Of a DNA stretch of 64,000 bases, positions 1 through 63,729 are shown one piece after another. The DNA comes from the human T2T-CHM13v2.0 reference genome, Homo sapiens. The DNA lies in NCBI RefSeq assembly GCF_009914755.1, contig NC_060925.1; one strand, written 5' to 3'. The notes under the pieces were generated by a model. It was not told where the DNA came from, searched no databases, and saw only the letters and a list, made by a program, of their open reading frames with translations. A program made the position numbers and the translations under genes. Numbering within the stretch: the stretch's first letter is position 1; every line of letters begins with the position of its first letter.

Positions 1-88
1 GAGGGACAAGGTGATGAAAAAATCAGGAATTATTAAGTTAACAGATAGCTGAAGCTCCCCTCCAACTCTAAAAATCCCACGATTCTAA

Positions 89-470
<382 letters not shown>

Positions 471-1034
471 TAATCTAATGATAAGATCAATTGTAAAAAT
501 GCATGAATAAATTTGGAGAGATCAGAATTTCAAGATCACTTGTTGAATGACATTGATGACCTTCCTAAAGGGTTGACCCAGTGGCCCTCCTCCCCTAGGC
601 CTGGGATCACTTCAGCCTCAGAAACACCTGCCACTGTTTTAGAAACTTAATTGGCAATACACTTTGGCGGTGCCTTCAATGACATGGAAGCAGGGAGCGC
701 CCCCATCACAGACCTTGCCCTCAGAAGGTTTTAGGGAACCCAACACTTTGAGGAGAGTCTTCTTAGATGTTTTCCTCCAAGACTGCAGCTCCTCACCCTT
801 CCTTTCCACTGGTTTTAAATCTAATACCATAGGCAGGTTGAACCAAGGAGAGCACACCCAGACAAGCCCCTTTCCTCTGCCTCCCTCAGGGTCTCTACTT
901 AGCTCTATCATTGTTGTTAGACCTGACCTACACTTCAGGGTTGGCTTGGCAGAGGCTTTTTGGGGAGCAGGGATAGTGTAAGAGGCAAAAAAAAACAAAA
1001 AACAAAAAACAAAAACAAAAACCCACACTCAACA

Positions 1035-1795
1035 CACAACATTTCTGTGACCAGATGCAGTGGTGAGGGGCCCTGGGGGGTAAGTTCCTCAGACACCAAG
1101 CGATTCTCCAGTGGACATTGGCTAAGCATTCTATAATTCAATTCGATTCTGATTCTGACACTAGCTACCTGGAGGTAGTGTCAGATTCCATGGGGTAAGG
1201 GCTTGATCCCACTAGACTGCTCCTCTTCAGATGCCAATTGCAAGTAGTAGATTTCACCTATACTTCTTAGCAGCTATAAACTGGGGCTCCCACTACCCCC
1301 TCCTTTGGTCTGATTAATTTGCTGAGAAGGCTCACAGACCTCAAGGAAACATTTACCAGTTTATTATAAAGGATAGTACAAAGGGTACAAATGAACAGCC
1401 AGATGAAGAGATGGATAGGGCAAGGTGTCAGGGGTGCAGAGCTTCCATAACCTTTCTGGGCAAGACACCCTCCTGGCATCTCCACATGTTCAACAACCCT
1501 GAAGCTCATCAACTCTTGTTGTTCGAGCGTTTATAGAGTTTGATGTCCAGCTCCTCCCCTCCCCCTTTCCTGGAGGTTGAAGGGTGGGGATGAAAGTTCC
1601 AATCCTCCAATCACTTGGTCTCTCTGGTGACTGGCCCCATCCTAAGGTTATCTAGGGCCCCCATCCTAAATCACCTCCTTATTATAAACTCAGGTGTTAT
1701 CAAAGAGACCCATTACGTATAACCCAGGAAATTCAAGGGTTTTAGGGGCTGTGTCAGGAACCAGGGACAAAGCCCAAATATATTTCATATTATAA
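1035..1795 (-). mobile_element. MER21-family ERVL LTR relic
   Basis: Recognised consensus blocks such as ctgacactagctacctggag and tttattataaaggat...gaacagccagatgaagag; subfamily, strand and ends approximate. Confidence 0.65.
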
Positions 1796-2802
1796 ATAAA
1801 TAATATGATAGTTAGCTATGTCACACCCTCATCTCAGGAGTCCATGACGGCGGTATAAGATCAAGAAGGTCTTAGCACATCTAGCTTCGAGAAGGCATTG
1901 GAAGTGAGGCTTTAAAGTTTCTGCAGAGTGGAAGGATTGGGGGTGGGGGTGGGGGAGGAGATCACCTGTTCCCAAATCCTTCAAATAATCTCTTGTTATC
2001 AGGGAGATTCTTTGATAACTTTGGCTTCACTCGGCAACTAGAATATTTCATTTAAAGGTCTGAACATTATAAAATCAAAGTATGATACAAACCGTTCTTC
2101 AAGACGCTTTCAAATTGACCCAAGACATGACCTCAACACCTTATACGGCGTTCAAATCTGCTTAATGTCCCTTTGGAAAAGTTTTCTCTCGTCTCTCTCT
2201 AAAAGACAACCGCACTTTCCCAAAGCTGTGCTCTTAAGAGTTGGTAAAGTGACAATTTGGTTTATCCAATAATCAGATTAATAAAGGTATACCATTTCTA
2301 AGGCACGAGAGCAGGAATCTTAAGCTGAGGTAGCCCTGGGACTAAATATGCCATCCTCTTGTATCAAGATGGAGAAGACGGCCGAGGTTCAGGGAAAGAG
2401 CCCAGTGGAAGAACCCAACCTAGTGAGAGGAAAACGGGCACCTGGTGAAGGCCCCGGCCTCTAAGCTAGGGATGAGGGGACAGGCCTCTGCCTAGCCTGA
2501 GACAGGAGTAGGAAACTGAGGCATTCACACTTTTATGTGGCGATCACAGTTCCTGCAGACTGTAGCAGAGCTGGGGAGCAGGAACCAGAGGTATAGTCCC
2601 ACGCCCACCCACTCTCCCCTCCCCTCCCTCCGCGGCCCCGCCTCCAACCAGCCGCTTCCGGTCGCGGGGAGGGTCGCCTGCGGGCTCCAGCTGCGCCTGC
2701 GCAGGAAGGGCGGGTCAGCGCGCCGGCGCAGTGCGGCGGTCACAGGCTGAGTGCTGCGGCGCGATCCTTGCTTCCCTGAGCGTTGGCCCGGGAGGAAAGA
2801 AG

Positions 2803-26697
<23,895 letters not shown>

Positions 26698-26907
26698 ACA
26701 TTCCTGCCTCCCTATTTGCCAGGCTTTCATTTCTGTCTGCTGAGATCTCAGAGCCTGCCCAACAGCAGGGAAGCCAAGCACCCATTCATCCCCCTGCCCC
26801 CATCTGACTGCGTAGCTGAGAGGGGAACAGTGCCATGTACCACACAGATGTTCCTGTCTCCTCGCATGGGCATAGGGACCCATCATTGATGACTGATGAA
26901 ACCATGT

Positions 26908-26913
26908 AATAAA
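26908..26913 (+). terminator. SARS1: SARS1 polyadenylation signal AATAAA
   Basis: Canonical hexamer ~210 nt after the stop, overlapped upstream by TGTA; pyrimidine-rich sequence downstream. Confidence 0.75.
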
Positions 26914-29847
26914 GCATCTCTGGGGAGGGCTTAGGACTCTTCCTCAGTCTTCTTCCCCGGGCTTGAACCCCGCCTCTGAGGTTCTCCCTGATATACACTT
27001 CTGCTTTTCCTTCCAAATTAGGCTGCTCCCTCCAGTTAGCAAGTCACAGAGCCTTTGAACAGGTAAGCGAAGGGAGGGGTACACTTAGAAAAAGCTCAAG
27101 GGGAAGGTGGAAGATGGAGTCTGAATCACAAAAGCTTGCAGGGCAAGGGCCAGGATCCTCCTTTACAAATATATTCCTGCTTGAAATCATTGAGGTAGGA
27201 CTAGCTTAGAGACCAGAACTGTTTTAAAAGCCTCTTAGCACTTCTGTTCCCTACAAAGGACTCTGTGGAAAGCGAGAGGCTGTATTTAATCCAGAAGAGC
27301 CCCTAGCTTCTATGCCTAGCATGGGTTGGGGACTTATTAACAGCAGTTTCTCTCGTTACAGCCATCCCCACATGGGGAGACCAACTGCATACCAACTTGC
27401 TGCTGCACCTCCAAAGGATTGGGATAGCCAGCAGGGCAGAGGAGAGGAGAAAATGTTGTAGCCCCTTTGTGGAGCTCCCACTGTTGCCCTAATAGCCAGT
27501 TCCTTTCTCAGGGGAGGCTGATGTTCAGGCTGTTTATTTACCTGCTGCCTTTCATCTGCAATCTACAAACCCTTTACTTTAATAACAGCTTCTGTTAGTT
27601 TAGTGCCTCTCTCCTAGGAGGTTAAAATACTCCCTATAGATGATCTCTTTTATCTTTGTGATGGTCCCAGAAGGTAGGGTGGGGACATGATTATATGATT
27701 ATGCTTATTCCATCCTTTGGAAGACAGAAATACAAGGACGGTAAGGGAGATGAGACAACGTGGCCTGGTGGAGGTCGGAAGTCCTGACTCCTCGGCAGTG
27801 CTTTATGTTTCTTTGGGAGGTTGAGAGCTGGAATGTGAACTGGGCTGTCACTTAGGAGCCTTTATCTCACCTCAGCTTCCTTAGTCCCTGAGCAGCGACT
27901 TGGGCCTGCTGGAGCATAGTACCAAGGAAAGGGGCCATGTGCTCCATTTTCCACTGGGGGCTTGAGATTGATCCTATTAATCTTGCTGCTGGAAACCCTG
28001 TCAAAACTGAGGTAGGTGCGTGAAGGGGTGACAGTGGCTCTCTTGTCTTGCCTGGCTATGCCAGCTGGGGGCCCACAGGCAGACCCGCCTGGGCCGTAGC
28101 CCATTGCCCCAGCTCTGGGATAACAAAGCCGGGACAAGGGGACAAAGAGCAAGCTGCTCCCATTTGTAATTCAGAAGGACCAGAAACTCACATTTCCTGT
28201 GGCCTCAACTATTTGGTTTGAAGAAAGGCAGCGTACACAGTGTGCAGGAGGCTAGTTTTGCCCCACCCCCTATACCATTCCAGAAGCCCACTGGGAACTC
28301 TCACAGGGCCCTGAACGCCCCTGCTCTGCCTTAGCTCTGTCTTAGAAGTCCCTACAGCTGCCTGCACCACTCCCCACGCCTACCTGCTTAGGCTCCTGGT
28401 GCCTGTCCCCTTCCTACCAGTAGGAGGCTCTGCTTTTTGCCATGGCCCTGAGAGCTCTGTGGGAGGGCAGAAGCTGGGGCTTTGAGTCCCTGAGGACCCA
28501 GCTGACTTACCTGCTGGAGCTGGCTGCCTGGACTCTCAGCTGCTTTGTGCAGAGAGACCCTCCTGCCTTGGGCAGCCCAGCTTTCCCTGCCAGCCTTCCT
28601 CCTGCCCGTGTAGGGACTGGTGTAGGAGCCTGGCTAGGAAGATGGCTGTATGGACAAACTGGCTTGTTAGCAGAAAGTAACTATAAGGGACCCCATGCTT
28701 CCAGAAGCCAGAGGAGAGGAAGTCAATGGTAGTGAAGGCAAGGATGACTGTGGCTGAGGTCCCTCCCCACAGGTCATACCCAAGAGCACAACAGCAGGAG
28801 GGCACACACGGTCACCGAGTGCTTACCTTGTGCCAGGCACCATTAGGAGCAGGGTTTACAGAAAGAAGGTAACACAGTTCCTGCTCACAAATAACTGTTG
28901 GGAAAGGTGTGGTTCGCCTTCCTTCAGAGAGGGAAAACCAGACACTCTCCCTCCCTGAGGCAGTGGGATGGGGCTGATGCAAGCTTCATTTAGGAGGGGC
29001 CGACCCACCTGGAAGCCGAGCAGTTGGGAACAGGCCCAATAGCCTTGACTCCACCCTGGTAGTTGCCTCCGCATCCCACGCCTGATGCCCTCATCTCTGG
29101 CACCTTGACCTGCCCCATCTCCAACCTCAGCTACCCAGGTTACCTCAGTTAGCAAACACCCTCCAGAGGCCTAGTGGAGTGAGTCAGAGCCCTGGGTCCC
29201 TCACCAACCCTGGGTTCCCACACCCAGGTATTCAGGGCCCAAGATGCAGGTCTGGGTGCTTTAGGCAGGGAGTGAGGAAACACTGGGACCAACAGTCTGG
29301 CCTCTCCACCAAGAGAGACAACCATAAGCCAGACTTCTAGAAACTCTAAAGAGGCTGGTAACTGGGGACCCAACGTAAGGCCGAGGGACCTGCCTGCGCT
29401 CACAGTCCAGGCTGGGCAGGGCAGCTCATTAGCCAAACACTGAAACCTCACTCCTGGGAACCAACATTCTCCTAGCCGTCTGTCCTGCTTTTCCTCCCCT
29501 GAAGCTTTTCCGGTTTACCCCAGGTCCTGAGAATGCCTCCTCTCCCCGAGTCCCCATCCTTCCCCAGGGGGTACGCGGCGGGGGCGGCCCTGGCTGCACT
29601 CCCAGGATGAGTCTGACAGGCAGAGCTGGGATGGGCGCCAGACAAATGTACTGCGTGTCGGAGCCTGTGCCGGGATGAGGGGCCTGCCCCGCTCTCCCAG
29701 TTACCTCCCAACATGGGGTTCCCCAGCAGCTCTTCCCAGGTGCAAAAGGGGAGTGCATCCTTGCAGCCTGGACTTGGCCAGGTCCTGGTGGGGCTGATGC
29801 CTCGGCCTCTGACATTGCCCTTTTAAGAGCCCTCTCCGGCGGGGCCA

Positions 29848-30245
<398 letters not shown>

Positions 30246-31714
30246 TTACCTCTCTGGGACCTTCCGGCGGAGGTAGGGTGTCCCAGCCACCTCCGAGAGA
30301 ACCTCTTGTTACGGAGGGGCGGGTCCTCTTCTGCTGCTCTGACTGGCTGGTTCACAAGCCCTGCATTTTGGAGATTGGTCCCTGTCCCTCCATGGGACTT
30401 GGTTCCCTTCCCCCTACACAAACCTGCTGTCAAAATGGTCTGGGAGTTTATTTTCATTGGGGTGTAAATTGCTGATAAGACGGTGTGACCTTCTGGGACA
30501 AGTGGTTTTTAAACCTGAAGAAATTGAAGAATTAAGCTCCCATTTGGAATACGCTTCATCCTTGCCTCCTTCCATCTTGTCTCAGAGAAAACCTTTTTTT
30601 TTTTTTTACTCCTTCTCCAAAACCAGGTCTTATCTACTTGTGCCCTGGAACTCGCCACCATCCTGCTTCCCCTGAGTCCTTGTTCTTGAGCTAGCTCTCT
30701 GCTGAACCTCCCGCCCCACTTCCCCTCAGTCCCGACCTGCTAACATATTCCCCATCTGAAAACAGCCATCCTGCACTCCTGCCGCTCCTGTCAAATTGCG
30801 ATCCCATCTGGCTCCTCTCCCTCAAAGATGAATGAACAGTGGACACTTGCAGGCTCTGTTACCTCATTAACATTCCTGGCCCTCCTTCACCCCATTCCCC
30901 TCAGAGGGAAGGTGAACTGTTCCAGAGGGAACTGCACGAGGGGACAGGAAGAAGGCCTGAATGGCTGAAGCATGAAGTAAGGGCGATACTGACTGGAGGC
31001 TGGAGATGTGGGCAGGGTCAGGAGATGGCACCTGACCCTAATGCTGGCCTCCACCTCCGCTTTCCCTGCTGCTCTGTGACCTCCACATGCAGGGCTCTCA
31101 AATCCATTCTCTCTCATCTGAGCACCTCCACCCACCCCCAGCATACACATTGGGCATCTCCTCTTAGTATTCAGGCACCCCAACACACACCTGAGACTCA
31201 CCCTGGACAACTCCCTCCTCTTCATCTCCAGGGGCCAGTCTGTTTCGCAGCGCCATTGAGTCTTCATCACTCAGGTCTGCCCCCTTGACAGCCTGCTCCC
31301 TGGCCCCAGCACAGCCCTCCTCCTCCTGGACTATTACAGCGGCCTCCTTGCTAGTCTGCTGGACCTCAGTCCCTTCTTCCGGCGCAGCCTCCTCACTGTG
31401 CCAGATTAGCCTGCCAGATGGCACAGCCATGATCATTCCTCCCCTGCCAAAACACTTCAGATGGTTCCCCTCAACTTATAAGGTCCAGACTTCTCAGCTG
31501 GAGCCCCAGCTCATCAAAATGTGCCCCCAGTTCAGATTAGCGGCTCTCTGCTCCTTATTCTCACCGCCCCCTTGTTTCCTCCTGTTTCCTGGCACTGACC
31601 GTGTGTTGCACCTCTCCACGCTTGCTCACACTGTTCCCCCTGCCTGGATGCCTTTTCCTCCTGCCTATTAGTGGAATTCTTCCTTCCTCTTCAAGATAGC
31701 TCAAATGCCACTTT

Positions 31715-32015
<301 letters not shown>

Positions 32016-32533
32016 AATGCCACCTTCTTTAAAAAGCCCTCCCTAACTCCTCCACCCCCACACAAAAATATTAGTGACTATTGCTCTGTGACAGCTTTTG
32101 TCTCTGTCCAAGGGACTGGCTGTCCCTTGGGGACATAGCTCATCTGTGTACCTCTCACACTTAGCCACCTACCACCGTGGCTGGAGCATGGCTCTGGCCA
32201 GACAGGGCCTCCTTCCTTGGCCTGCTCTGACAGCCTGAACAGCCACGTTATTCAGAGGGTGCTTAGGGATTTGCCGCTCGAAGCTCAGCCCCAGGTTCCA
32301 TCTCTTCCTGCCCGGTGGTCAGAGGCAGTATTTTCAGCTGGATCTTAGATGGCTTTACATCTTTATGGAATGCTGGGCCTATTAAGCCACCCTTGACAAA
32401 GAACACTGGCACTGTGGGTGGAACCTATCACTAGGATAAAGCATCCAATATCATCTTTTAACAAGCGCCAAAGAAGGTCTATCTCACAGGGCTGGGACAT
32501 CAAAACCTCTACCCCTGGCTGCAGCAGGCATGG

Positions 32534-33936
<1,403 letters not shown>

Positions 33937-33937
33937 T

Positions 33938-34240
33938 GGCCAGGCACAGTGGCTCACACCTGTAATCCCAGTACTTTGGGATGCCGAGGCGGGCGGATCA
34001 CAAGGTCAAGGGTTTGAGACCAGCCTGGCCAACATAGTGAAACCCCATCTCTACTAAAAATACAAAAAATAGCCGAGCATGGTGGTGCATGCCTGTAATC
34101 CCAGCTACTTGGGAGGCTGGGCAGGAGAATCACTTGAACCCGAGAGGCAGAGGTTGTGGTGAGCCGAGATTGTGCCACTGCACTCCAGCCTGGGCAACAG
34201 AGCAAGACTCCGTCTCAAAAAAAATTAAAAAAAAAAAATA
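33938..34240 (+). mobile_element. AluS
   Basis: Sense Alu; TSD core actgcattcc. Confidence 0.92.
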
Positions 34241-34366
34241 CTGCATTCCCTGACTCTCAGGAGCTGCCTGCGGAGGGGCCCAGGGCTCAGGCACCTCATT
34301 TTCCTCTCATTCTTCAAAAATTGAGAGACATAAAGCAGAGTGTCAACAATTATTGAATCCAGACAC

Positions 34367-34650
34367 CAGGCACAGTGGCTCACATATGTAATCCCACTTG
34401 AGACCAGGATTTGAGATCAGCCTGTGCAACACAGCAAGACCCCCTCTCAAAAAAAAAAAAAAAAAAAAAAAAAAAGCTGGGCATGGGTGGCCTGCACCTG
34501 TAGTCCCAGCTAGCTACTCAGGAGGCTGAGGTGGGAGGATCACTTGGGGCTGTTCTCAAGCAGTCAAGGCTGCAGTGAGCTATGATCACACCATTGCACT
34601 CCAGCCTGGGCAACACAGTGAGACCCTGTCTGAAAAATATAAAATAAAAA
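34367..34650 (+). mobile_element. AluJ-like, degenerate
   Basis: Sense Alu; aatt(a/g)ttgaatc on both sides. Confidence 0.85.
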
Positions 34651-37600
34651 TTGTTGAATCTAGCAGGAGAATATCTGGGTATTTATTATACCATTACACC
34701 ATTCTTTTGATTTTTCTGAAGGCTTGAAATTTTCCCAAATAAAAAACTGGGGGAGATTTTTTAAACCTAAAAATGTTTATTAGTTTAAAAAAAAATTACT
34801 TTCACTGCCGAGCAGAGACTGGTTTGGAGGGGAGGTGACCACATGAAGAATCCATAAAATCCTGACTGAGTATCCCCCTCTGTGACAGACCTGAAGTGGG
34901 GAACTGAGAAACAACAGAGCCCCCACAAGGAGTGCACCTTCCAGCCTTGAAGAAAGTGGGGAACAGTGGGCGGGGCACGACAGGCAAGTGTAGACCGAAG
35001 GGTGTTCAGATTTCTGGCCACCCCCATCCCCCAGTCTGCTGGCTCCTGGTTCCTTCACGCCACCCACCCCACAGTCCAGGAGCTCCAGGAGTCACCCATG
35101 GCCAGGTTCTCTCCTTCTGGTTTCTGTGCCCTTTCTAAAGCAGCACAGAGCCCAGAAATGGGATCGGGTGCCAGGGCCTCTTTCTCTTTCCAGAGAAACT
35201 GCCCTGCCCACCCACAAAAGGTCACCATGACCGATCCCATCAGCAGCCTCCCTCCCCACCCCTCCTTCCCAGCAGGCCATTGGTTCCAGAATTTCAGGCC
35301 ACAGGGATCTGCCCAAGGCAGAGCTCACCTTGTTCTTCCTCACCAGCGTGCTAGGCCACAGCAGAGCCACCCCAATCTTCAGCTCCAGCCAAGCTGATGC
35401 TTGCATTTCATTCATTCCTTTCATTCATTCATAGTGTACTGCTTAAGAGAGTGGGCTCTGGGGTCAGATTGCCGGGGTCCAAATCCTAGCTCTTCCATTA
35501 CTAGCTGTATAATCATGGAGAAGACACTTAATGTGTAGATTAAGTGACTTAACTGATGAATTCCTCTTCCAGGAATGCTGTTCCTGATTCTTGAAGATGC
35601 AGCCCAAGTCCCGTCTCCTCTAGAGGCCCTCTGGGATTTCCTCCACCCTCACTGCTCTGTCCTCTGAATTCCTTTAGCCTTTTCTCTCAGTTGCTTCTGG
35701 AGCACTTCACCCATGCGACCCTGTTGTGTTGAAAGCCAGGGCCATGCCTTATCCAGGGGGTCCTCAGGAAGCAACCTGAGTAAGGAAATCCCACCAGAGC
35801 TAAAGGACAGCCGCAAGGCTAGCCAAGCAGGTTTCCTTCCTTCCCAGAGCCTCCACTGTGAAGTGGGAGGTTTGGACTAGAAGAACAATAAATTCTCTTT
35901 TAACAGACCCCAAGCCCTTGCTGCCCCTTGATAGCACCTAAAAGCTATGCAGAAGGGAGGCCTAAATGTCCCTTACACATAGGAGGGAGGTCCATAGGTT
36001 CCTTACAACTGGAAAGCTCCATGAAGCAGGCAGCCCTTCCCTGGGGATCAGGGAGGCCTCCACCAGGGCAACCCCTCCCTCATTTGAGACTCTCAGTGAT
36101 GCATATGAAACTTGGAAATTTCCCTCCTGCTTTTGGGAGTTGGAAGTATCTGAGGAAGTGATGGGGAGAGAGCTCTGTCCTGTGCCCCCGGAGGGAGGAC
36201 TGGGGAGGATTAAGGACTATTTGCCAAATGTGCTTGGGGATGAAGGAAAGGGTTCCTTGGATCCCCCAACCTATCTGCCTTTGGGTGGAAAGGCCACCCA
36301 CCTGGAAGGGGCTTCTGAGCTCATGCCTTCCCTGGCAACCCCTGCCTCAAGGTGCAAGGCCCCAGAACCACCTTCCGTGATCCAGAGCCAGGGCTACTCT
36401 TTCCTCCCACCCAGAAAGCTTATTTTAGCAACAAAGGGAGCGAGATGAATGGAGAGTTGCAGCTTCTCCACGGGTTGGCTTGGGCCTTCACCAGAAATGA
36501 GAGTCTCATTACCCAACCCCAATTCAAAGGATAATTAACAGATGGTATAATTTCCAAGCATTCTCTGCACCACATGGCTATTAGGTGAAGAACAAAATGC
36601 CCACGCAGCCCCTAGATCCTTCCAAACTCCAGAGTCTGAGGAAGTCTAGAGAGGCAGAGCCCTGCGGAGGCGTGTAACCCACGCCTCCATCTCCAGAGCT
36701 GCCCTTGGCCTTGCTCAGAGGAAGAAAGCTCCTGTTTGGTCAAAGGGGAGGGCATTTCCTTGAGCCATGGGTCCTCCTCCTACTTCTATCCATCCTGCCA
36801 GGAGCACAGTCTAACCCTAATCTTTCTTGCTGTACCCAAGGCCCATCTCCTTTCCTGTTTCCCCAGGGGAAAAGAGAAAAGCTGATTTCTCATCCTTGGC
36901 CTCACTGTGTGGTCACACAGACACTCCTTGGGCCTGGGGCTGGGGGATCCTCTGCTGTGACCCAGTGAGAGTGGCACCACTGTGACCGGGGGCAGTGGTA
37001 GAAGGGAGCACCTGATCCAGTGCTTTTCAGATGGGTTCCTCCAGACCCTCAAGTTGCACAGAGCAGCCCAGGGATTTCTTGGTTGGGGGAGTGGTGGAGA
37101 GGGGCAAGGCCCTGACCCCCTCACTTCAACCCAGCAGCACTACTCATCTGTTCTATATTCTGGCCTTCCACTTCAGATTTCTTTTGAAGAAAAGAATTCT
37201 ACTGCTAAATAAACATTTGAGAACCATTCACCTTATTCAATCCCCTCATTTTACAAAAAGGGACATTGAGGCACAGAATTTGAGCAAGGTCACATAGCTG
37301 TGGTGTTGGAGGCTGGGACCCAGGCCCAGGCATCCCCCCAGGCCAGGGCATCCCCCCAGGGACTACCTGACTGGGCCCCTGGCTGCTCCAGGATGTAGGG
37401 AAGCCTTTTCTGGGTCGCCTGCACGGCTCCTGCCTGGCTCTCCGTGTGGTCCAGCTTCATGTCTGGTCCTCTTGGAGAACCCCTGGAATCCTGCACACCC
37501 TCTCAAATGAAGCTGCCTTGGAGAGGGTCAGGAGCCCGGGTACCAGGTAGGCCTCCTCGCTGGTCACAAAACTGTGGCGGAAGGAGGGGGTAGCCGCAGG

Positions 37601-38886
37601 ACATGGACAGGGAGGCAGGAGGGGATGAGAGGCCGCCTCTCTAGACAGGACCTCAGGGGGCAGTGTAAGCCCCTTGTCTAGAATCCAGGAAGCCTGTGTT
37701 AAAGCTAGGCTCCACCGCAGCCGGCCTCCGAATCTGGTGATAGTGTGTTTGCACCACCTGGCTTCCACCCACTCTGACCCTTCTAATTTACCTCCCTGGA
37801 AAAGCCCAAGTGGTGTCCAACATGAGGCTGGGGTCATTCTTCCAACAGCCCGACCCCAAGGGGCATGCTGGTCAGACAACAGCCTCGCTGGTGGGGTGGA
37901 GGGGACGGTAGGGAGCGAGTGGGCCCGGTGACTCATTGTGGGTGCTTCTCTGGGATTTTGGAGGCTTTGTTGTGTTGCTCAGGGCCCTTTTAACTCTGTC
38001 TGACCTATGGGAGGGGACAGCAACGAGGGCTTTTATGACTGGAATGAACTGGAAACTTGGCCTCTGAGAGCCCTTAAAATGTTTTGGAAACCTCTAGGCA
38101 TACTTAGGGTACTTCCACCATGATTATCATCGGCTGTGTGGCTTCCGATCGCTAATTCGCACCGGGCATCTGGCGAGGCCGGCCTGGGGAAATTGGGATG
38201 GAGGGTCCTGCTGGAGGGAATCCTGGCGCTTTGGGCGGAGGAGTGCTCTGGGTGGGGCCCACCTCCTCCAGCGCGGCCGGCGTTGCCGCTTTAAGGCGGC
38301 CGCGGCGCGAGCAGGTCTATGGTAATGAGCCGCCGCCGCGACTCTGCAGAGCTCGCCCGCCCGCCGGGGAGGCGAGGGAGCGCGGGGCTGGGCCCGGGGC
38401 CGCGGCGACAGGCAGCAGCCGCGGCGGGGACGCGGGGCGCGAGCGGGCGGCGCGGGACCGTCGGGGGCCGCCGGGGCCGGGCCGGGGTCGGGGCGCACGG
38501 CTACGCGGGCGCAGGTGGGCGATCCCATAGGGGCGGAGGGGGCACCCCGGCTCCGGAACCCGGGGCCCGGCAAGGCCAGGGGCGCCGCGGGGCCCCCGGG
38601 CGCAGGTGGTGAGTGCCCGGAGCGCAGGTGGAGGCGCGGCGGCAGCCCGCGGTGCTCAGGGTGACCCGGGAGCGGGTCTGGCTCAGGGGGCAGTGGGAGC
38701 CCGGGCTCGTCGGAGGGTGCAGCGCGGGGTCCCGCCGAGCCATCCAGACGCAGGCCCCGCGGGGCGCACGGGAGGCCCCCGGGGACTGGCGCCCTGGCCC
38801 GGGCATGAGGCGCGGCGGGGCCGGCAGGAGCCGGAGGAGGAGCCGCCGCCGCCGTTGACCCGGCCGCCGGCCGGGAGCTGGGAGAG

Positions 38887-62845
<23,959 letters not shown>

Positions 62846-63025
62846 CCCTGGGCCGTGGTTCCTACGCCCGAGGCTCCCTTCCCTTCCCCAGCCGCACTCA
62901 TGCCCTGCTCCTGTCTTGTGCTTTATCCTGCCCCGCTCCCCATCGCCTGCCCGCAGCAGCGACGAAACGTCCATCTGAGGAGCCTGGGCCTTGCCGGGAG
63001 GGGTACTCACCCCACCTAAGGCCAT

Positions 63026-63035
63026 CTAGTGCCAA
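63026..63035 (+). promoter_or_regulatory. CELSR2: miR-96 target site CTAGTGCCAA in CELSR2 3' UTR
   Basis: Complementary to nt 2-11 of miR-96-5p (UUUGGCACUAG...); CELSR2 recalled as a reported miR-96 target. Confidence 0.65.
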
Positions 63036-63729
63036 CTCCCCCCCCACCATTCCCCTCACTGCACTTTGGACCCCTGGGGCCAACATCTCCAAGACAAAGT
63101 TTTTCAGAAAAGAGGAAAAAAAGAATTTAAAAAAGGATCTCCACTCTTCATGACTTCAGGGATTCATTTTTTTTATACGCTGGAAATTGACTCCCCTTTC
63201 CCTTCCCAAAGAGGATAGGACCTCCCAGGATGCTTCCCAGCCTCTCCTCAGTTTCCCATCTGCTGTGCCTCTGGGAGGAGAGGGACTCCTGGGGGGCCTG
63301 CCCCTCATACGCCATCACCAAAAGGAAAGGACAAAGCCACACGCAGCCAGGGCTTCACACCCTTCAGGCTGCACCCGGGCAGGCCTCAGAACGGTGAGGG
63401 GCCAGGGCAAAGGGTGTGTCTCGTCCTGCCCGCACTGCCTCTCCCAGGAACTGGAAAAGCCCTGTCCGGTGAGGGGGCAGAAGGACTCAGCGCCCCTGGA
63501 CCCCCAAATGCTGCATGAACACATTTTCAGGGGAGCCTGTGCCCCCAGGCGGGGGTCGGGCAGCCCCAGCCCCTCTCCTTTTCCTGGACTCTGGCCGTGC
63601 GCGGCAGCCCAGGTGTTTGCTCAGTTGCTGACCCAAAAGTGCTTCATTTTTCGTGCCCGCCCCGCGCCCCGGGCAGGCCAGTCATGTGTTAAGTTGCGCT
63701 TCTTTGCTGTGATGTGGGTGGGGGAGGAA

